DNA of 64,000 nucleotides. Source: an uncultured virus (IMG/VR IMGVR_UViG_2540341072_000002). Taxonomy: Duplodnaviria > Heunggongvirae > Uroviricota > Caudoviricetes. Positions 40,001 to 51,381 of this stretch are shown here, in pieces; within the stretch, counting starts at the first letter, position 1, and every line of letters begins with the position of its first letter. A program made the translations under genes and the position numbers. The stretch lies in the IMG/VR virus record IMGVR_UViG_2540341072_000002; one strand, 5' to 3'. The notes beneath the pieces are model-generated. The model was not told the DNA's origin, did not search any database, and saw only the letters and a list, made by a program, of their open reading frames with translations.

Positions 40001-43000
40001 AGAATTAGAAAAATTCTCCTCTTCTTTAGGAAAGCTTCAAGAAAAAATGCAAAAAGCTTTAGATTCAGGCGATGAAAAAGCTTTCGATAACGCAAAAAAA
40101 GATCTTCAAAGTCTCTTGGAAACATACTCCAAATCCGATTCTTCTATTGATGTTTTTAAAATGAGCTTCGACAAAGCACAGAAGAACATAAAAGATGGAG
40201 ATAAGAGCTTATCTTCCGTCAAATCTGAAGTTGGTGATTTAGGTGAGACGCTGGCAGAAGCAGGTAACGAGGCAGAAGATTTTGGTAAGAAGCTAAAAGA
40301 AGCTCTGGATGCAAATAGTGTTGATGATATTAAGGCAGCTATTAAAGAAATGTCAGATGCTATGCAGTTCGATTCCGTTCAAGATGTCTTAAATGGGGAT
40401 ATTTTTAATAACACCAAAGATCAAGTAGCTCCTCTCAATGATCTTCTGGAAAAAATGGCTGAAGGTAAAAGTATTTCTGCAAATGAAGCTAATACCCTTA
40501 TTCAAAAAGATAAGGAACTTGCCCAGGCTATTAGCATCGAAAATGGCGTTGTGAAAATTAACCGTGATGAAGTTATCAAACAAAGAAAAGTTAAACTTGA
40601 TGCTTATAACGACATGGTTACCTACAGCAATAAATTGATGAAAACAGAAGTTAACAACGCTATCAAAACTTTAAACGCTGATACCTTACGGATTGACAGC
40701 CTGAAAAAGCTACGAAAAGAACGAAAGCTTGATATGTCTGAGGCCGAACTGTCAGACCTAGAAGTTAAGTCAATTAATAATGTTGCAGATGCAAAAAAAG
40801 AACTTAAAAAGCTTGAAGAGAAAATGCTTCAACCTGGTGGATACTCCAATAGTCAAATTGAAGCAATGCAAAGCGTTAAATCAGCTTTAGAATCTTATAT
40901 TTCTGCATCTGAAGAAGCCACCAGTACACAAGAAATGAATAAACAGGCACTTGTTGAAGCTGGAACATCATTGGAGAATTGGACAGATCAACAAGAAAAA
41001 GCCAATGAAGAAACCAAGACTTCCATGTATGTTGTTGATAAATACAAGGAAGCATTAGAAAAAGTTAATGCTGAGATTGACAAGTACAACAAGCAGGTCA
41101 ATGATTATCCTAAATACTCTCAGAAATATCGAGATGCAATCAAGAAAGAAATTAAAGCACTTCAGCAAAAGAAAAAGCTTATGCAGGAACAAGCTAAGCT
41201 GCTTAAAGATCAAATTAAATCCGGTAACATTACTCAATACGGTATTGTAACCTCTACAACTTCTTCTGGTGGAACCCCCTCCTCAACTGGTGGATCATAT
41301 TCAGGCAAGTATTCAAGCTACATAAATTCAGCAGCTAGTAAATACAATGTTGACCCTGCCCTTATTGCAGCTGTAATTCAGCAAGAATCAGGGTTTAATG
41401 CTAAAGCACGATCTGGTGTAGGTGCCATGGGATTAATGCAACTGATGCCAGCAACAGCAAAAAGCTTAGGAGTAAATAACGCTTACGATCCTTATCAAAA
41501 TGTTATGGGTGGAACAAAGTACCTCGCCCAACAACTTGAAAAGTTTGGCGGTAATGTTGAAAAAGCATTGGCTGCATATAATGCTGGGCCTGGTAACGTA
41601 ATTAAATATGGTGGTATCCCTCCTTTTAAAGAAACACAGAATTACGTCAAGAAGATCATGGCCAACTATAGCAAATCGCTCTCATCTGCCACTTCTTCAA
41701 TCGCCAGCTATTATACAAATAATAGCGCTTTTAGGGTAAGCTCCAAATATGGACAACAGGAATCTGGTCTCCGCTCCTCCCCACACAAAGGAACTGATTT
41801 TGCTGCAAAAGCAGGTACAGCAATTAAATCTCTTCAAAGTGGTAAAGTCCAAATTGCTGGCTACAGTAAAACTGCAGGTAACTGGGTTGTTATTAAACAG
41901 GATGATGGAACAGTTGCCAAGTACATGCACATGCTTAACACTCCTTCTGTAAAAGCAGGTCAATCAGTTAAAGCCGGTCAAACTATTGGTAAAGTTGGTA
42001 GTACAGGGAACTCGACTGGGAACCACCTTCATTTACAGATCGAACAAAATGGAAAAACAATCGATCCTGAAAAGTACATGCAAGGTATTGGAACTTCTAT
42101 TTCAGATGCGTCACAAGCTGAGGCAGAACGACAACAAGGGATAGCTCAGGCTAAATCTGATCTTCTCTCCCTCCAAGGAGATATCAGTTCAGTCAATGAT
42201 CAGATTCAAGAACTTCAGTATGAACTAGTTCAATCTAAACTCGATGAGTTTGATAAAAGAATTGGAGATTTTGATGTTCGGATAGCAAAAGATGAGTCAA
42301 TGGCTAACAGATACACTTCTGACAGCAAGGAATTCCGAAAATACACCTCTGATCAGAAAAAAGCTGTGGCAGAGCAAGCTAAAATCCAACAACAAAAAGT
42401 TAATTGGATTCAAAAAGAAATTAAAACAAATAAAGCATTGAACTCCGCTCAACGTGCACAGCTTCAAGAAGAGCTTAAACAGGCCAAGCTAGATTTAATT
42501 TCTGTTCAAGACCAGGTTCGTGAGCTACAGAAACAACTTGTTCAATCTAAAGTTGATGAGACACTTAAGTCAATTGAAAAGTCATCTTCTAAAACCCAAG
42601 GGAAAATTAAAGATGTCGATAACAAAATTTCAATGACTGAAGAAGATGAAGACAAGGTTAAATACTATAGCAAGCAAATAAAGCTCATTCAACAACAACA
42701 AAAGGAAGCGAAGAAATACATTAAGCAGCTTGAAGAACAAAAGAAAGCTGCGAAAGGTTTCCCTGACATCCAGGAACAGATCACTGAAGAAATCGAAAAC
42801 TGGAAAGATAAACAGAAAGATTTTAACCTTGAGCTTTATAACACCAAGAAGTCGATCAAGGATATCTATAAATCATTGGCTGATGAAGTTGTATCCATCT
42901 ACAAAGAGATGTACGAAAAAATGCGTGATATTGAGTTAGAAGCGCATCAGAAAGCGACTCAAGACTTGATCGATGAGATAGACAAGACTGATGACGAGGC

Positions 43001-43904
43001 TAAATTTCAAAAAGAATTAAAAGAAAGACAAGACAGTATTCAAAAGTTGACTGACCAAATTAATCAATACTCTCTTGATGATTCTGAATTCGGAAAGTCA
43101 AAAGTCAAAGAACTAACTGAACAGCTTCAAAAAGAGCAGTTAGACCTTGATGATTTTCTAAAGGATCGCGAAAGTAACAAACGGAAAGAAGCGCTCCAAG
43201 ATCAGCTCGAAAAAGATGAGGAGTCAATCAACAATAAATACGATAATCTTGTAAATGATGAACGAGCCTTTAAAAAGCTTGAGGATAAGATTATGAATGG
43301 AAAAATCACCGATATCGCTAAGCAGCTTAATGAGTTTTCTAAGTTTATTAATACCAATATGGAGTCCATTGGAAAAAGTATTTCAAACAACCTGATTGAT
43401 AAACTCAAAGAAGCATCTAATGCACTGAATACTGCTGTCAAAGGCAACACGACAGGTAAAAAAGTATCCTCTTTCGCTTCTGGAGGGTACACTGGAACAG
43501 GATTAGGTGCTGGTAAACTTGCATTCCTACATGACAAAGAACTGATCTTAAATAAAACTGACACAGCCAACATCCTTGATACGGTAAAAGCTGTTCGTGA
43601 AACCGCTGTGGACGATTCCCCAAAATGGGGCCAAGGAGTAAAATTAGCAGACCTTATTAAAAAAGGAATTACTTCTATTCCTTCATTAGTTCCTAACGTT
43701 AATCAATCAATGTTAACAAACAGTTTAATTCCAAATTTAAAGAAGATTGAGATCCCCTCAAAAACAATTGCTTCTTCTGGAGATAAAACAATTAATTTAA
43801 CGAATACTTTCCACATTGATAAGCTAATAGGAGGAGAATCGGGAGCGAGATCGATGTTTGAAAGCATTAAAAACGAAGTTGTAAAACTAAATGGTAGCAT
43901 GTAA
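37047..43904 (+). CDS. cwlP: Tape measure protein with lytic transglycosylase and M23 peptidase domains (CwlP/YomI), 2285 aa
   Basis: Tape-measure core, SLT motifs QESGFN...GLMQLM...AAYNAG, M23 motifs HKGTD...HLH; TTG start at 37047. Confidence 0.95.
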   Translation: MSQNLKIILTPQADTSSKTVEQLNQQIKSLEKKLNSLKLNTNIDSTTLKALQEFSSAIDTYQKNLKSYNQTVKETSTVIKNADGSVEKLTQQYKKNGEILQRETKIINNRNTALKQETQEVNKLTQATEKLGQVQKKTVQRNLQGQPTKVVQKNRHGFDDIVYTTDPKTNSTSSKTTTNYDQQRRAIEQLKQDLEKLRQQGIVTDTTISSLGRKINTAQSAQQIEALQNRIRMLDDKSAAVAKNNELKKTIELYQRQAQVNVQNLNTRYGSSMGSSNRQAVQDYLNAVNSLNVSTGSNNIRSQIQSLNMQFRELASNAQTAANQASSFGAELTQTFKSMSTYLISGSLFYGAISGLKEMVSQAIEIDTLMTNIRRVMNEPDYKYNELLQESIDLGDTLSNKITDILQMTGDFGRMGFDESELSTLTKTAQVLQNVSDLTPDDTVNTLTAAMLNFNIAANDSISIADKLNEVDNNYAVTTLDLANSIRKAGSTASTFGVELNDLIGYTTAIASTTRESGNIVGNSLKTIFARIGNNQSSIKALEQIGISVKTAGGEAKSASDLISEVAGKWDTLSDAQKQNTSIGVAGIYQLSRFNAMMNNFSIAQNAAKTAANSTGSAWSEQQKYADSLQARVNKLQNNFTEFAIAASDAFISDGLIEFTQAAGSLLNASTGVIKSVGFLPPLLAAVSTATLLLSKNTRTLASSLILGTRAMGQETLATAGLEAGMTRAAVASRVLKTALRGLLVSTLVGGAFAALGWALESLISSFAEAKKAKDDFEQSQQTNVEAITTNKDSTDKLIQQYKELQKVKESRSLTSDEEQEYLQVTQQLAQTFPALVKGYDSQGNAILKTNKELEKAIENTKEYLALKKQETRDSAKKTFEDASKEIKKSKDELKQYKQIADYNDKGRPKWDLIADDDDYKVAADKAKQSMLKAQSDIESGNAKVKDSVLSIANAYSSIDISNTLKTSISDVVNKLNLKDDLDPEELEKFSSSLGKLQEKMQKALDSGDEKAFDNAKKDLQSLLETYSKSDSSIDVFKMSFDKAQKNIKDGDKSLSSVKSEVGDLGETLAEAGNEAEDFGKKLKEALDANSVDDIKAAIKEMSDAMQFDSVQDVLNGDIFNNTKDQVAPLNDLLEKMAEGKSISANEANTLIQKDKELAQAISIENGVVKINRDEVIKQRKVKLDAYNDMVTYSNKLMKTEVNNAIKTLNADTLRIDSLKKLRKERKLDMSEAELSDLEVKSINNVADAKKELKKLEEKMLQPGGYSNSQIEAMQSVKSALESYISASEEATSTQEMNKQALVEAGTSLENWTDQQEKANEETKTSMYVVDKYKEALEKVNAEIDKYNKQVNDYPKYSQKYRDAIKKEIKALQQKKKLMQEQAKLLKDQIKSGNITQYGIVTSTTSSGGTPSSTGGSYSGKYSSYINSAASKYNVDPALIAAVIQQESGFNAKARSGVGAMGLMQLMPATAKSLGVNNAYDPYQNVMGGTKYLAQQLEKFGGNVEKALAAYNAGPGNVIKYGGIPPFKETQNYVKKIMANYSKSLSSATSSIASYYTNNSAFRVSSKYGQQESGLRSSPHKGTDFAAKAGTAIKSLQSGKVQIAGYSKTAGNWVVIKQDDGTVAKYMHMLNTPSVKAGQSVKAGQTIGKVGSTGNSTGNHLHLQIEQNGKTIDPEKYMQGIGTSISDASQAEAERQQGIAQAKSDLLSLQGDISSVNDQIQELQYELVQSKLDEFDKRIGDFDVRIAKDESMANRYTSDSKEFRKYTSDQKKAVAEQAKIQQQKVNWIQKEIKTNKALNSAQRAQLQEELKQAKLDLISVQDQVRELQKQLVQSKVDETLKSIEKSSSKTQGKIKDVDNKISMTEEDEDKVKYYSKQIKLIQQQQKEAKKYIKQLEEQKKAAKGFPDIQEQITEEIENWKDKQKDFNLELYNTKKSIKDIYKSLADEVVSIYKEMYEKMRDIELEAHQKATQDLIDEIDKTDDEAKFQKELKERQDSIQKLTDQINQYSLDDSEFGKSKVKELTEQLQKEQLDLDDFLKDRESNKRKEALQDQLEKDEESINNKYDNLVNDERAFKKLEDKIMNGKITDIAKQLNEFSKFINTNMESIGKSISNNLIDKLKEASNALNTAVKGNTTGKKVSSFASGGYTGTGLGAGKLAFLHDKELILNKTDTANILDTVKAVRETAVDDSPKWGQGVKLADLIKKGITSIPSLVPNVNQSMLTNSLIPNLKKIEIPSKTIASSGDKTINLTNTFHIDKLIGGESGARSMFESIKNEVVKLNGSM

Positions 43905-43930
43905 GAGTCTGCAAAAGCAGACTCTTTATT
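43903..43930 (+). terminator. Terminator after cwlP
   Basis: AAGAGTCTGC-AAAA-GCAGACTCTT followed by TATTT. Confidence 0.75.
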
Positions 43931-43954
43931 TAACTTAACTTGAGGTGGAAACTC

Positions 43955-44713
43955 ATGATTAGAGAAAGTCAATACTTTATGTTCAATAATATCCCTTCTT
44001 ATGAATTAGGAGCCGTAAATGTAAATACAGAAGGAGGACTTTTAGAGGAGTCGTTTATTGCAAATAGAACAGTAAATGAAACATACACTAGGCTATCTTC
44101 AGAACCATATGTAGACAATGTCAAACTTGAGCCATATGAGATCCCATTGAATTTTTACATAGAAAATCATCTAGATGAAAAAAATGTTCGAAGAGTTGCT
44201 CGTTGGTTAAATGTAGATGATTATAAACCTCTCTCCTTTAGTAGAAATTTAGACATAATTTATTTTGCCTTGCCAATAAACGCTACAGATTTAGTTCATA
44301 ACTGTTCTAACGATGGATATGTGAAGCTCACAATGAAGGTATTCCCCTATAAATATGGACAAGAAACAACAACTCATTGGTTTGATGTCACATCAGGTGT
44401 TAAGAATATTGAAATTGAAAACATAGGAGATGTGGACATTCCGTTATCTCTTGAATTTAAGAAGATAGGCGACGGTGACATAACTGTTGAGAACTTAACT
44501 TTATATAGAACACCTCTGAAGTTTACGGGAATAAAACATCATGAAGTTATCAATGTTGATTCCAATAAAAAATTGATCACTTCAAGTATTTCGGGTTATG
44601 AATGTTATGACCAAGTAAATGAAGAGTATGTGATTTTAACAAGAGGTAAAAACAGAATTAAAATAAATGGTGAGTGCTATATTCGATTAAAATACCGATA
44701 CAAATATTTATAG
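43955..44713 (+). CDS. yomH: Distal tail (Dit-like) protein, 252 aa
   Basis: Follows the tape measure gene; C-terminal LTRGKNRI motif typical of siphophage tail components. Confidence 0.8.
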   Translation: MIRESQYFMFNNIPSYELGAVNVNTEGGLLEESFIANRTVNETYTRLSSEPYVDNVKLEPYEIPLNFYIENHLDEKNVRRVARWLNVDDYKPLSFSRNLDIIYFALPINATDLVHNCSNDGYVKLTMKVFPYKYGQETTTHWFDVTSGVKNIEIENIGDVDIPLSLEFKKIGDGDITVENLTLYRTPLKFTGIKHHEVINVDSNKKLITSSISGYECYDQVNEEYVILTRGKNRIKINGECYIRLKYRYKYL

Positions 44714-44724
44714 GAGGATGTATT

Positions 44725-47352
44725 TTGTTAAATAAGTTTAAACCAGGCGAAATCCTCCTTTCTTTAGCAAAACCAAATAAAAAGAAAATCGCTAATATTG
44801 CGGATTTCTCAAATGTATCTCTTAATCTAAGCTTTGCTGATTTAAATGATCTATCTTTTAATATTCCACTCAAAGCCAGGTATAATTTTTTGATGAAGCC
44901 AAACCATGTGGCAAAACTAATGCGTGAGTGGTATCTTATCAAGGCAGAATTCTTAAACAGAGTTGAATGGTTTGTGATAACCGGTTTAACAAAATCAGAA
45001 AATGAGGAGCAAACAATACAAGTTAGATGTCAAGGACTACCGTACATCCTTCATAAAAACAAAATAAGGTCATATCAAGGAGTTTCAAAGAATCTACAGG
45101 AAGTGGCCACTGATTGTCTTAAAGGCACAAGACTCAATATCGGTTATATTGATCCTTCATTTAATGAAAAAAGACGATCATTTGATGTCACTTCAACAAG
45201 ATATGAGTTTTTAAAAACGATATGGGAAACTTTTGAGGCAGTCCCAGTCTTCGACACTGTAAAGAACACTGTCTCTTTTTATAAGAAAGACACAGTATCC
45301 AAGTACAAAGGTGTCCAATTCTCCCCTGAACGATTTATGATTGATATGGAAGATACCATTGATATTGATGAAGTCGTAACACGTTTAAACATCACAGGTA
45401 AAGACGGAATTGTGATTAATTCGGTAAACCCTACTGGACAGAGTTACTTGGACGATTTTTCTTATTTTCTATATCCTTTTAAACGTGATAAAAACAGAAA
45501 TGTAATAACACACAGTGATTACATGGATGATGATTTATGTCATGCGATTTTGGATTATAATGAACTTGTCAATAAAGAAGGCTCTTCTTTCCACCTCCTT
45601 TTAAACCAAAAAAGGGATTTAGAAACCCAAAAAACGACTCAAGAAAATAAACTCTTCACTCTTGAAAACATTGAGCTACAGCAAATTTTAGATAAGATAA
45701 CCGTAGCGAAAAAAGCCGGTGACGACACAAAAGATCTTATTAAACAAAGAGATGCAAAACTATTAGAAGTTACCGCCAAAAAAGCTGAAATATCCAGAAT
45801 AAACTCGCAAATCACAAACATTTCTCAGGAAATAGAAAAACTAAAAGACCGTTTATCGATGGACAAGTTTCTTGGTGAGGAGCTTAAGAAACAACTGTCT
45901 TATTTTATTTTTGAAGATGATTGGACTAATGATAATATTTTTGATGAGACAGAGCTTTACGAAAAAGGGTTAGAGGAACTGAGCAATAGAAACGCTCCCC
46001 CTGTTGATATCAGAACGAACATCGTAAACCTATTTAATGTTAATAGCGAAAAGGCATTTTGGGATAGAATATATCTCGGAGATATAATCAGGGTAGTTAA
46101 TAAGAATTTCAGAACCGATGTCAAAGCAACCCTTTCAGGGATGACTTTCGATTTTGATCAACAGAGTATACAGGTTACACTCTCAAACGGGAAAAGAGCC
46201 AGGTCATTGGAACAGGAATTTGCTAATACTTTGTATACAACTAAGAAAGCATCCACAGAGTATAATAAGAAAAAAATTGATTATGATACACTTCTTGTTA
46301 ATTACAATGCACGTAATGATCGTATCTCATCTCCTGTGGCAAACCCAACTATTCTTAATAACGGAACTGCAATAACACATGTTGTCAACGATAATGGATC
46401 GGTTGATATCTCCATTGAATGGCAGTTCCCAAATTCTAAAGAGGATAAGTACAATATTGACGGATTCCTTGTCCACTGTTACTCAGATACATCTTCAGAC
46501 ACCTATATATTTGGATCAAAGATGTCATCTGAACAGTATCTATCGGTTAGCTATGATAAGAGAATCGCAACCCTTACAGGCCAGGTTTCAAATAAGTATT
46601 ATACGTTTGGAATTCAAGCCTACCGGACTGTTGAAGCGTCTATTGATAGCAGCGGACGTATACTTTCCGACATTATTCAACCCCAATTTCCTTCAGAGAA
46701 CCCCTACCTCCCCTCTAATTCGGTTGAAGTTAAAGGAAGTCTTAGTGGAAGAGTTAATGGCCTCTATACAATCTCCACGGAAGCTAAGCCAGAAGATCCG
46801 GAAAAAGGGACAATCTGGATCAATCCAAAGAACAATAAACAAGAACTATTTAACGGAGAAGAATGGGTTGTCTCATCTGCAGGTTCAGCAGACTCCTTGA
46901 ATGGTTTTACAGCTTCAACAACGACTTCTCCAAACTCTATACCAGTGCGTAATGAATCAGGGATCATTAGTGGTTCAATAGACGGTAATGCAGAGATGCT
47001 AGGTGGACGAGCAGCATCTGATTATGCATTAGCTGAAAACATCCCCATTCCTCCCAAGTTTGCAAAAGGTATTTATACAGGAGACGGCACTCTCAGTAAG
47101 CAAATCCCCCTTACCTTTACTCCTGATTTAGTCAAAATAACTCCGATTTCACCTGAAGACAGTCAACTAGTAATTGAAAGCCAATTGGGGGGCTATGCCT
47201 ATCAAGTTACTTCAACTGGACTTTCCCTTATTGGAGGAGATTTAGGATACGGTGCTTTGGGAAACAATCTATTTGTCACAGGCTCAGATAGTAACTGCAG
47301 AGGAAATAAATTAAACGTTAAATATATCTGGGAAGCCTACCAACAAAATTAA
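44725..47352 (+). CDS. yomG: Tail tip/baseplate hub (Tal-like) protein, 875 aa
   Basis: VVTRL...G and IYLGDIIRV prophage-tail motifs; TTG after AGGAGG. Confidence 0.8.
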   Translation: MLNKFKPGEILLSLAKPNKKKIANIADFSNVSLNLSFADLNDLSFNIPLKARYNFLMKPNHVAKLMREWYLIKAEFLNRVEWFVITGLTKSENEEQTIQVRCQGLPYILHKNKIRSYQGVSKNLQEVATDCLKGTRLNIGYIDPSFNEKRRSFDVTSTRYEFLKTIWETFEAVPVFDTVKNTVSFYKKDTVSKYKGVQFSPERFMIDMEDTIDIDEVVTRLNITGKDGIVINSVNPTGQSYLDDFSYFLYPFKRDKNRNVITHSDYMDDDLCHAILDYNELVNKEGSSFHLLLNQKRDLETQKTTQENKLFTLENIELQQILDKITVAKKAGDDTKDLIKQRDAKLLEVTAKKAEISRINSQITNISQEIEKLKDRLSMDKFLGEELKKQLSYFIFEDDWTNDNIFDETELYEKGLEELSNRNAPPVDIRTNIVNLFNVNSEKAFWDRIYLGDIIRVVNKNFRTDVKATLSGMTFDFDQQSIQVTLSNGKRARSLEQEFANTLYTTKKASTEYNKKKIDYDTLLVNYNARNDRISSPVANPTILNNGTAITHVVNDNGSVDISIEWQFPNSKEDKYNIDGFLVHCYSDTSSDTYIFGSKMSSEQYLSVSYDKRIATLTGQVSNKYYTFGIQAYRTVEASIDSSGRILSDIIQPQFPSENPYLPSNSVEVKGSLSGRVNGLYTISTEAKPEDPEKGTIWINPKNNKQELFNGEEWVVSSAGSADSLNGFTASTTTSPNSIPVRNESGIISGSIDGNAEMLGGRAASDYALAENIPIPPKFAKGIYTGDGTLSKQIPLTFTPDLVKITPISPEDSQLVIESQLGGYAYQVTSTGLSLIGGDLGYGALGNNLFVTGSDSNCRGNKLNVKYIWEAYQQN

Positions 47353-47367
47353 CGGAGGTGAACTAAA

Positions 47368-48189
47368 CTGGCTGATTTTGCTAAATTATATAATGATCCA
47401 ATATTAAGTAAAAAGAGAATAGGTTCTGTTGAAGACCCCTATCTAACTTACAATGAAACATTGACAATATTTAATGGAAGAGCACTCCTAACTGAGATTC
47501 CGAACAGAGAATTTCGTGTTGAAGTTACTGGGGACAACAAGGAATGGCGAGAGATTGAAGATGGAGAACTTGACGACAACTATTTTAAGGTTGATTACCT
47601 TATGGGAGTTGTCTTTTTTAATGCTTCAAATGAAGGAAAATCGCTAACCTTTAATTATAGTGGTGAAGGAGCTTCCTTCTTCCCTGCCTCTCGAATTTGG
47701 ATAAAACGACAAGGGAATATGGTTATTGAAACTCTTCAAGGACTTATCGATGAAGCTGAAGATACAATAATTCGAATGAATGAACGTATAGCTGAATGTG
47801 AACGAGTTACAAAACGATGCCAAGAAGTGACAGCCTGGTGTAGACAGGCTACATCAAATTATGAAGAAGTTGTAGAAAACACAAGAAAAATTTATAAACC
47901 ATCTGTCTATACCTATTCAGATATTTTCACCTATTACCCAACCCCACAGATTGGTTGGACGGTGACTGTTAAAGAAACAAAAATCGTTTATCGATGGGAT
48001 GGATTTGAGTGGGTAGATATTGGAACTTCCGAAGTATATGAAGGTTTTAATATACTCCTAAGCGCAACAGAACCATTTAATGCAAATTATATCTGGTATA
48101 AGGATGCCTCTTTTTCACCTGAGAAAAAACGAGTTGTTGTTTCAGATACAGCACCAGATTCAGGACAAGTATGGTACAAAACTGACTAA
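47368..48189 (+). CDS. yomF: Baseplate/tail protein, 273 aa, CTG start
   Basis: GGAGGTG at 47354-47360 then in-frame CTG at 47368, open into the 47461 ORF. Confidence 0.7.
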   Translation: MADFAKLYNDPILSKKRIGSVEDPYLTYNETLTIFNGRALLTEIPNREFRVEVTGDNKEWREIEDGELDDNYFKVDYLMGVVFFNASNEGKSLTFNYSGEGASFFPASRIWIKRQGNMVIETLQGLIDEAEDTIIRMNERIAECERVTKRCQEVTAWCRQATSNYEEVVENTRKIYKPSVYTYSDIFTYYPTPQIGWTVTVKETKIVYRWDGFEWVDIGTSEVYEGFNILLSATEPFNANYIWYKDASFSPEKKRVVVSDTAPDSGQVWYKTD

Positions 48190-48225
48190 GATCCCCTCCG
48201 GGATCTTTTTTATTGGAGGAAAGTT

Positions 48226-50160
48226 ATGGCTGGTTTTTATAGATATGATCAAAATTTAGATAAATATGTTCCGATGCCTGTTGAACTACTAGCTTCAGAA
48301 GGAGAAGAATACACCGCTCCTAAGATTACTCAGAAGTTTAATGAAGTAGAAACGAAAACAACAGAAATTTTAAACAAGGTATTAACTGATGACAGATATT
48401 TTACAGTAACAAGTTCTTTTAAACAGGATGCCACACTTGGTATTGAGTACTATGTTACAAAGGTTACTCCTAAAACAACCGAAGCTAAAAAAAGTATGGT
48501 GCAAAAAACGTTTGCATATGACTTTGAAAAATCCATTGATCCCACATCTTCTTATTTTGGTACAACAAATCGTGAAACAGTTTTAAGTATGGCAAAACGA
48601 AAAAGATCTGTTGTTGCAATAAACGCTAGTGGTTGGCGATCAAATGGTGAAGTCATGGGGCTTCAAATTAAAGACGGAGTTCTCTACAAAGATTATGACG
48701 CTGCTGGATACACAGGCGCTGAGGCTTGTGTATTTTTTGATGATGGAACTATGAAGGTTTACGGAAACAGAGAAGTTGATGCCGACATCCTAATTTCTAA
48801 AGGCGCACGAAACTCTTTTGCTTTTGGCATTTGGCTAGTTAAAGATTCTAAGCCAAGAACGGCTCAAATGACTACATGGGCAGATTTAAATGTTAAGCAT
48901 CCTCGACAAGCCATTGGGCAAAGATCTGATGGTACACTAGTTATCATTACTGTAGATGGCCGCTCACTTCGATCCAGTGGTATTACAGCTTATGATATGC
49001 CATCTTTATTTTTATCTGAAGGCTGTATTAATGCATTTCTTTTAGATGGTGGTGGAAGCTCTCAAACTGCTGTTGAAGGAAAATATATTAATAACATTAG
49101 TGATGGCATTGAACGTGCAGTGGTCGATACCTTAACAATTTCATATCCTGATGACGATACAGATAGCAGATTTTTTGAAGTTCAAGAAGGAAGAGGTTTG
49201 GCAACAAGTCTAAACAGACGTGTAGAGTTTATTGAATCCAAGCCTACTTGGAATGTATTAGATTTAGGCTTCTCACCAGATGGCTTAATCGATAATACAG
49301 CTAAGTTTAAAAAAGCCCTTAGTGATTTATCTGAAAAAGGTGGAGGGAAACTACATTTTCCGAAAGGTACATATTTAATCGGTAAGCAGAATACAACTAG
49401 CGCTAGTGAAAAAATTGAACTCCCTTCAAATGTCTCAATTGTTGGTGAAAGACGATCCTACACTAAACTCCTTCGAAATCCAAATCACTCACTTGATGAA
49501 TTGTTGCGAATCACAGATCACAATTATATAGAAGGCATTGAAATTGATGGCAATAGCAGTGTAAATAAGAGTAGCTGCCGATTGATCGCAGGTGGAAATA
49601 TAAAATCATTTAAAATGAAAGACTGCAGCTTGGTTAATGCTACAGACCGAGGAGTGAGTATTCACGGGATCGGCAAGTCTATAACGATTGAAGGAATGTA
49701 TATTTCCAATATAGCCAACGAGTGCATCAACGTTGCTGAAGGAGAAATTATTAAACTAATTGACTCTGAGATCACATTTAGCGGTACTGCCCTTTGGGTG
49801 GGTAATGCTGCAAATATCTTCACTAAGAATAACCTCGCAAAATCCTTAAAAACCTTCGTCCGGTACAAAAACTCTCAAAATGCAATTTGTTCAGGAAACA
49901 TTATCACTAATAATATTGATCGCGCAATTTGGGGATCTGTAAGAGAAGCTGTTTTCTCTGATAATGTTTTCAAGCAATGCCACTCTGATTATCACCTTTA
50001 CTTTATTCAAGAAGACACTGGAACAAACGATTTAATTGTAACTGGAAACTCAGTTTATAGTGATGTTGAAGGAACAGCTTTCATTAGAACTCCATCAGAT
50101 ATAGACAGAAGACGAGTGTCGGGTAACGTAGGTAATATACCTAGCTTGAACTTGGATTAA
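48226..50160 (+). CDS. yomE: Tail spike: phosphodiester glycosidase (NAGPA-like) domain plus right-handed beta-helix, 644 aa
   Basis: AINASG, HPRQAIG, TVDGR and LDGGGSS motifs, then NVLDLGFSPDG..DNT..GGGKLHFPKGTY pectate-lyase-3 start. Confidence 0.85.
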   Translation: MAGFYRYDQNLDKYVPMPVELLASEGEEYTAPKITQKFNEVETKTTEILNKVLTDDRYFTVTSSFKQDATLGIEYYVTKVTPKTTEAKKSMVQKTFAYDFEKSIDPTSSYFGTTNRETVLSMAKRKRSVVAINASGWRSNGEVMGLQIKDGVLYKDYDAAGYTGAEACVFFDDGTMKVYGNREVDADILISKGARNSFAFGIWLVKDSKPRTAQMTTWADLNVKHPRQAIGQRSDGTLVIITVDGRSLRSSGITAYDMPSLFLSEGCINAFLLDGGGSSQTAVEGKYINNISDGIERAVVDTLTISYPDDDTDSRFFEVQEGRGLATSLNRRVEFIESKPTWNVLDLGFSPDGLIDNTAKFKKALSDLSEKGGGKLHFPKGTYLIGKQNTTSASEKIELPSNVSIVGERRSYTKLLRNPNHSLDELLRITDHNYIEGIEIDGNSSVNKSSCRLIAGGNIKSFKMKDCSLVNATDRGVSIHGIGKSITIEGMYISNIANECINVAEGEIIKLIDSEITFSGTALWVGNAANIFTKNNLAKSLKTFVRYKNSQNAICSGNIITNNIDRAIWGSVREAVFSDNVFKQCHSDYHLYFIQEDTGTNDLIVTGNSVYSDVEGTAFIRTPSDIDRRRVSGNVGNIPSLNLD

Positions 50161-50329
50161 GAATAAAGGAACAATAAAGGTGGTGGTTACGTTCTAGATA
50201 AAATATAGATTTTATTCAAAATACATACTTGAAAAACAGAGATAACAAGAGCATACGTGAGATAAAGAGAGATTGGGTTTAGTCCCCTTCTCTCTTTTTT
50301 GTGCTCAAATTTAATTATTAGGTGGATAG

Positions 50330-51362
50330 ATGGCAAGAAAGATATCAGATTATCATTTAAAAAAACGTGAAGAAACTCAAAAGAAATTTATTGATTTATT
50401 AGCTCAGAATAACTACATTCACATTTCTGGAGACATGGTAAATTCGAAAACAAAGGTGAAAGTCAGATGTCGACATAATCACACATGGCAAGTAAACTAC
50501 GAACACTTTAAAAAAGGTACTCGTTGTCCAGAATGCAGGATAATTGAAGGCTCCCTTAAAAAAAGGCTTAACATAAGTACTGTGAAAAGTAGATATGCCC
50601 TTAAAGGCTATGAGATTTTAAGCACCTATAAAAACTGTCATTCTAAACTAAAAGCTAAGTGCCCTGAAGGACATATATGGGAGCACCTTCCCAGCAACTT
50701 CTTTAAAGGTGAAGAGTGTTTTCAATGTAAAGGTGCTAAAAAATACACTGTTGAATGTGCACAAGCAGCTTTTTCTGATCGTGGGTTTATCCCTTTATTC
50801 GATACATACCATCACAATAAAGAAAATCTCCCTTTTCTATGCAAGGAACATATAGACTTAGGAGTTCAATACGCTCCACTTCATAACATGGTAAGAGGTT
50901 TAGCAAACTGCAGAAAGTGTTATTTACTTCTTTTCACAGGCGAAAATAGCTCTAGATGGAAAGGCGGTATTTCTTCGTTAAATAAAACTTTAAGAGAAGC
51001 TGTTTATGAAGTTTGGACGAAGCCCTCATTAGAGAAATATTCATTTAAATGTGCAATAACAAACTCTACAAAAGACCTTCATGTGCACCACTATAAAAAG
51101 AATTTTAGCGAGATTGTTAAAGAAGCACTGAGCAATTTAAGTTTTGAACTCTAAAATTGGCGACTTTACTGTCAATGAGCTTGAGCAAATTAAAAATGAA
51201 TGTGTAAGACTTCATTTAAATTATGGACTCGGAATCCCTCTAACTAAGAAAATCCACAATCTTTTCCATGAAATTTATGGAACATCCAACAATAATGAGA
51301 TTCAATTCAACGAGTTTCGAAATCGCTATGAAAATGGTGAATTCGAGGCTCTTTTTAATTAG
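50330..51362 (+). pseudogene. yomD: Zinc-ribbon repeat HNH endonuclease split into two frames (yomD 50330-51154 plus 51144-51362)
   Basis: First ORF has three Cys/His zinc modules and ends after CAIT...LHVHH; the overlapping ORF supplies GIPLTKKIHNLFH. Confidence 0.65.
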
Positions 51363-51381
51363 AAATTAAGGAGATGTTTTT

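Noticed and set aside
37654..43972. Antisense and alternate-frame ORFs inside cwlP and other long genes
   Set aside because: Shadow ORFs expected from codon bias; no RBS or recognisable domain.
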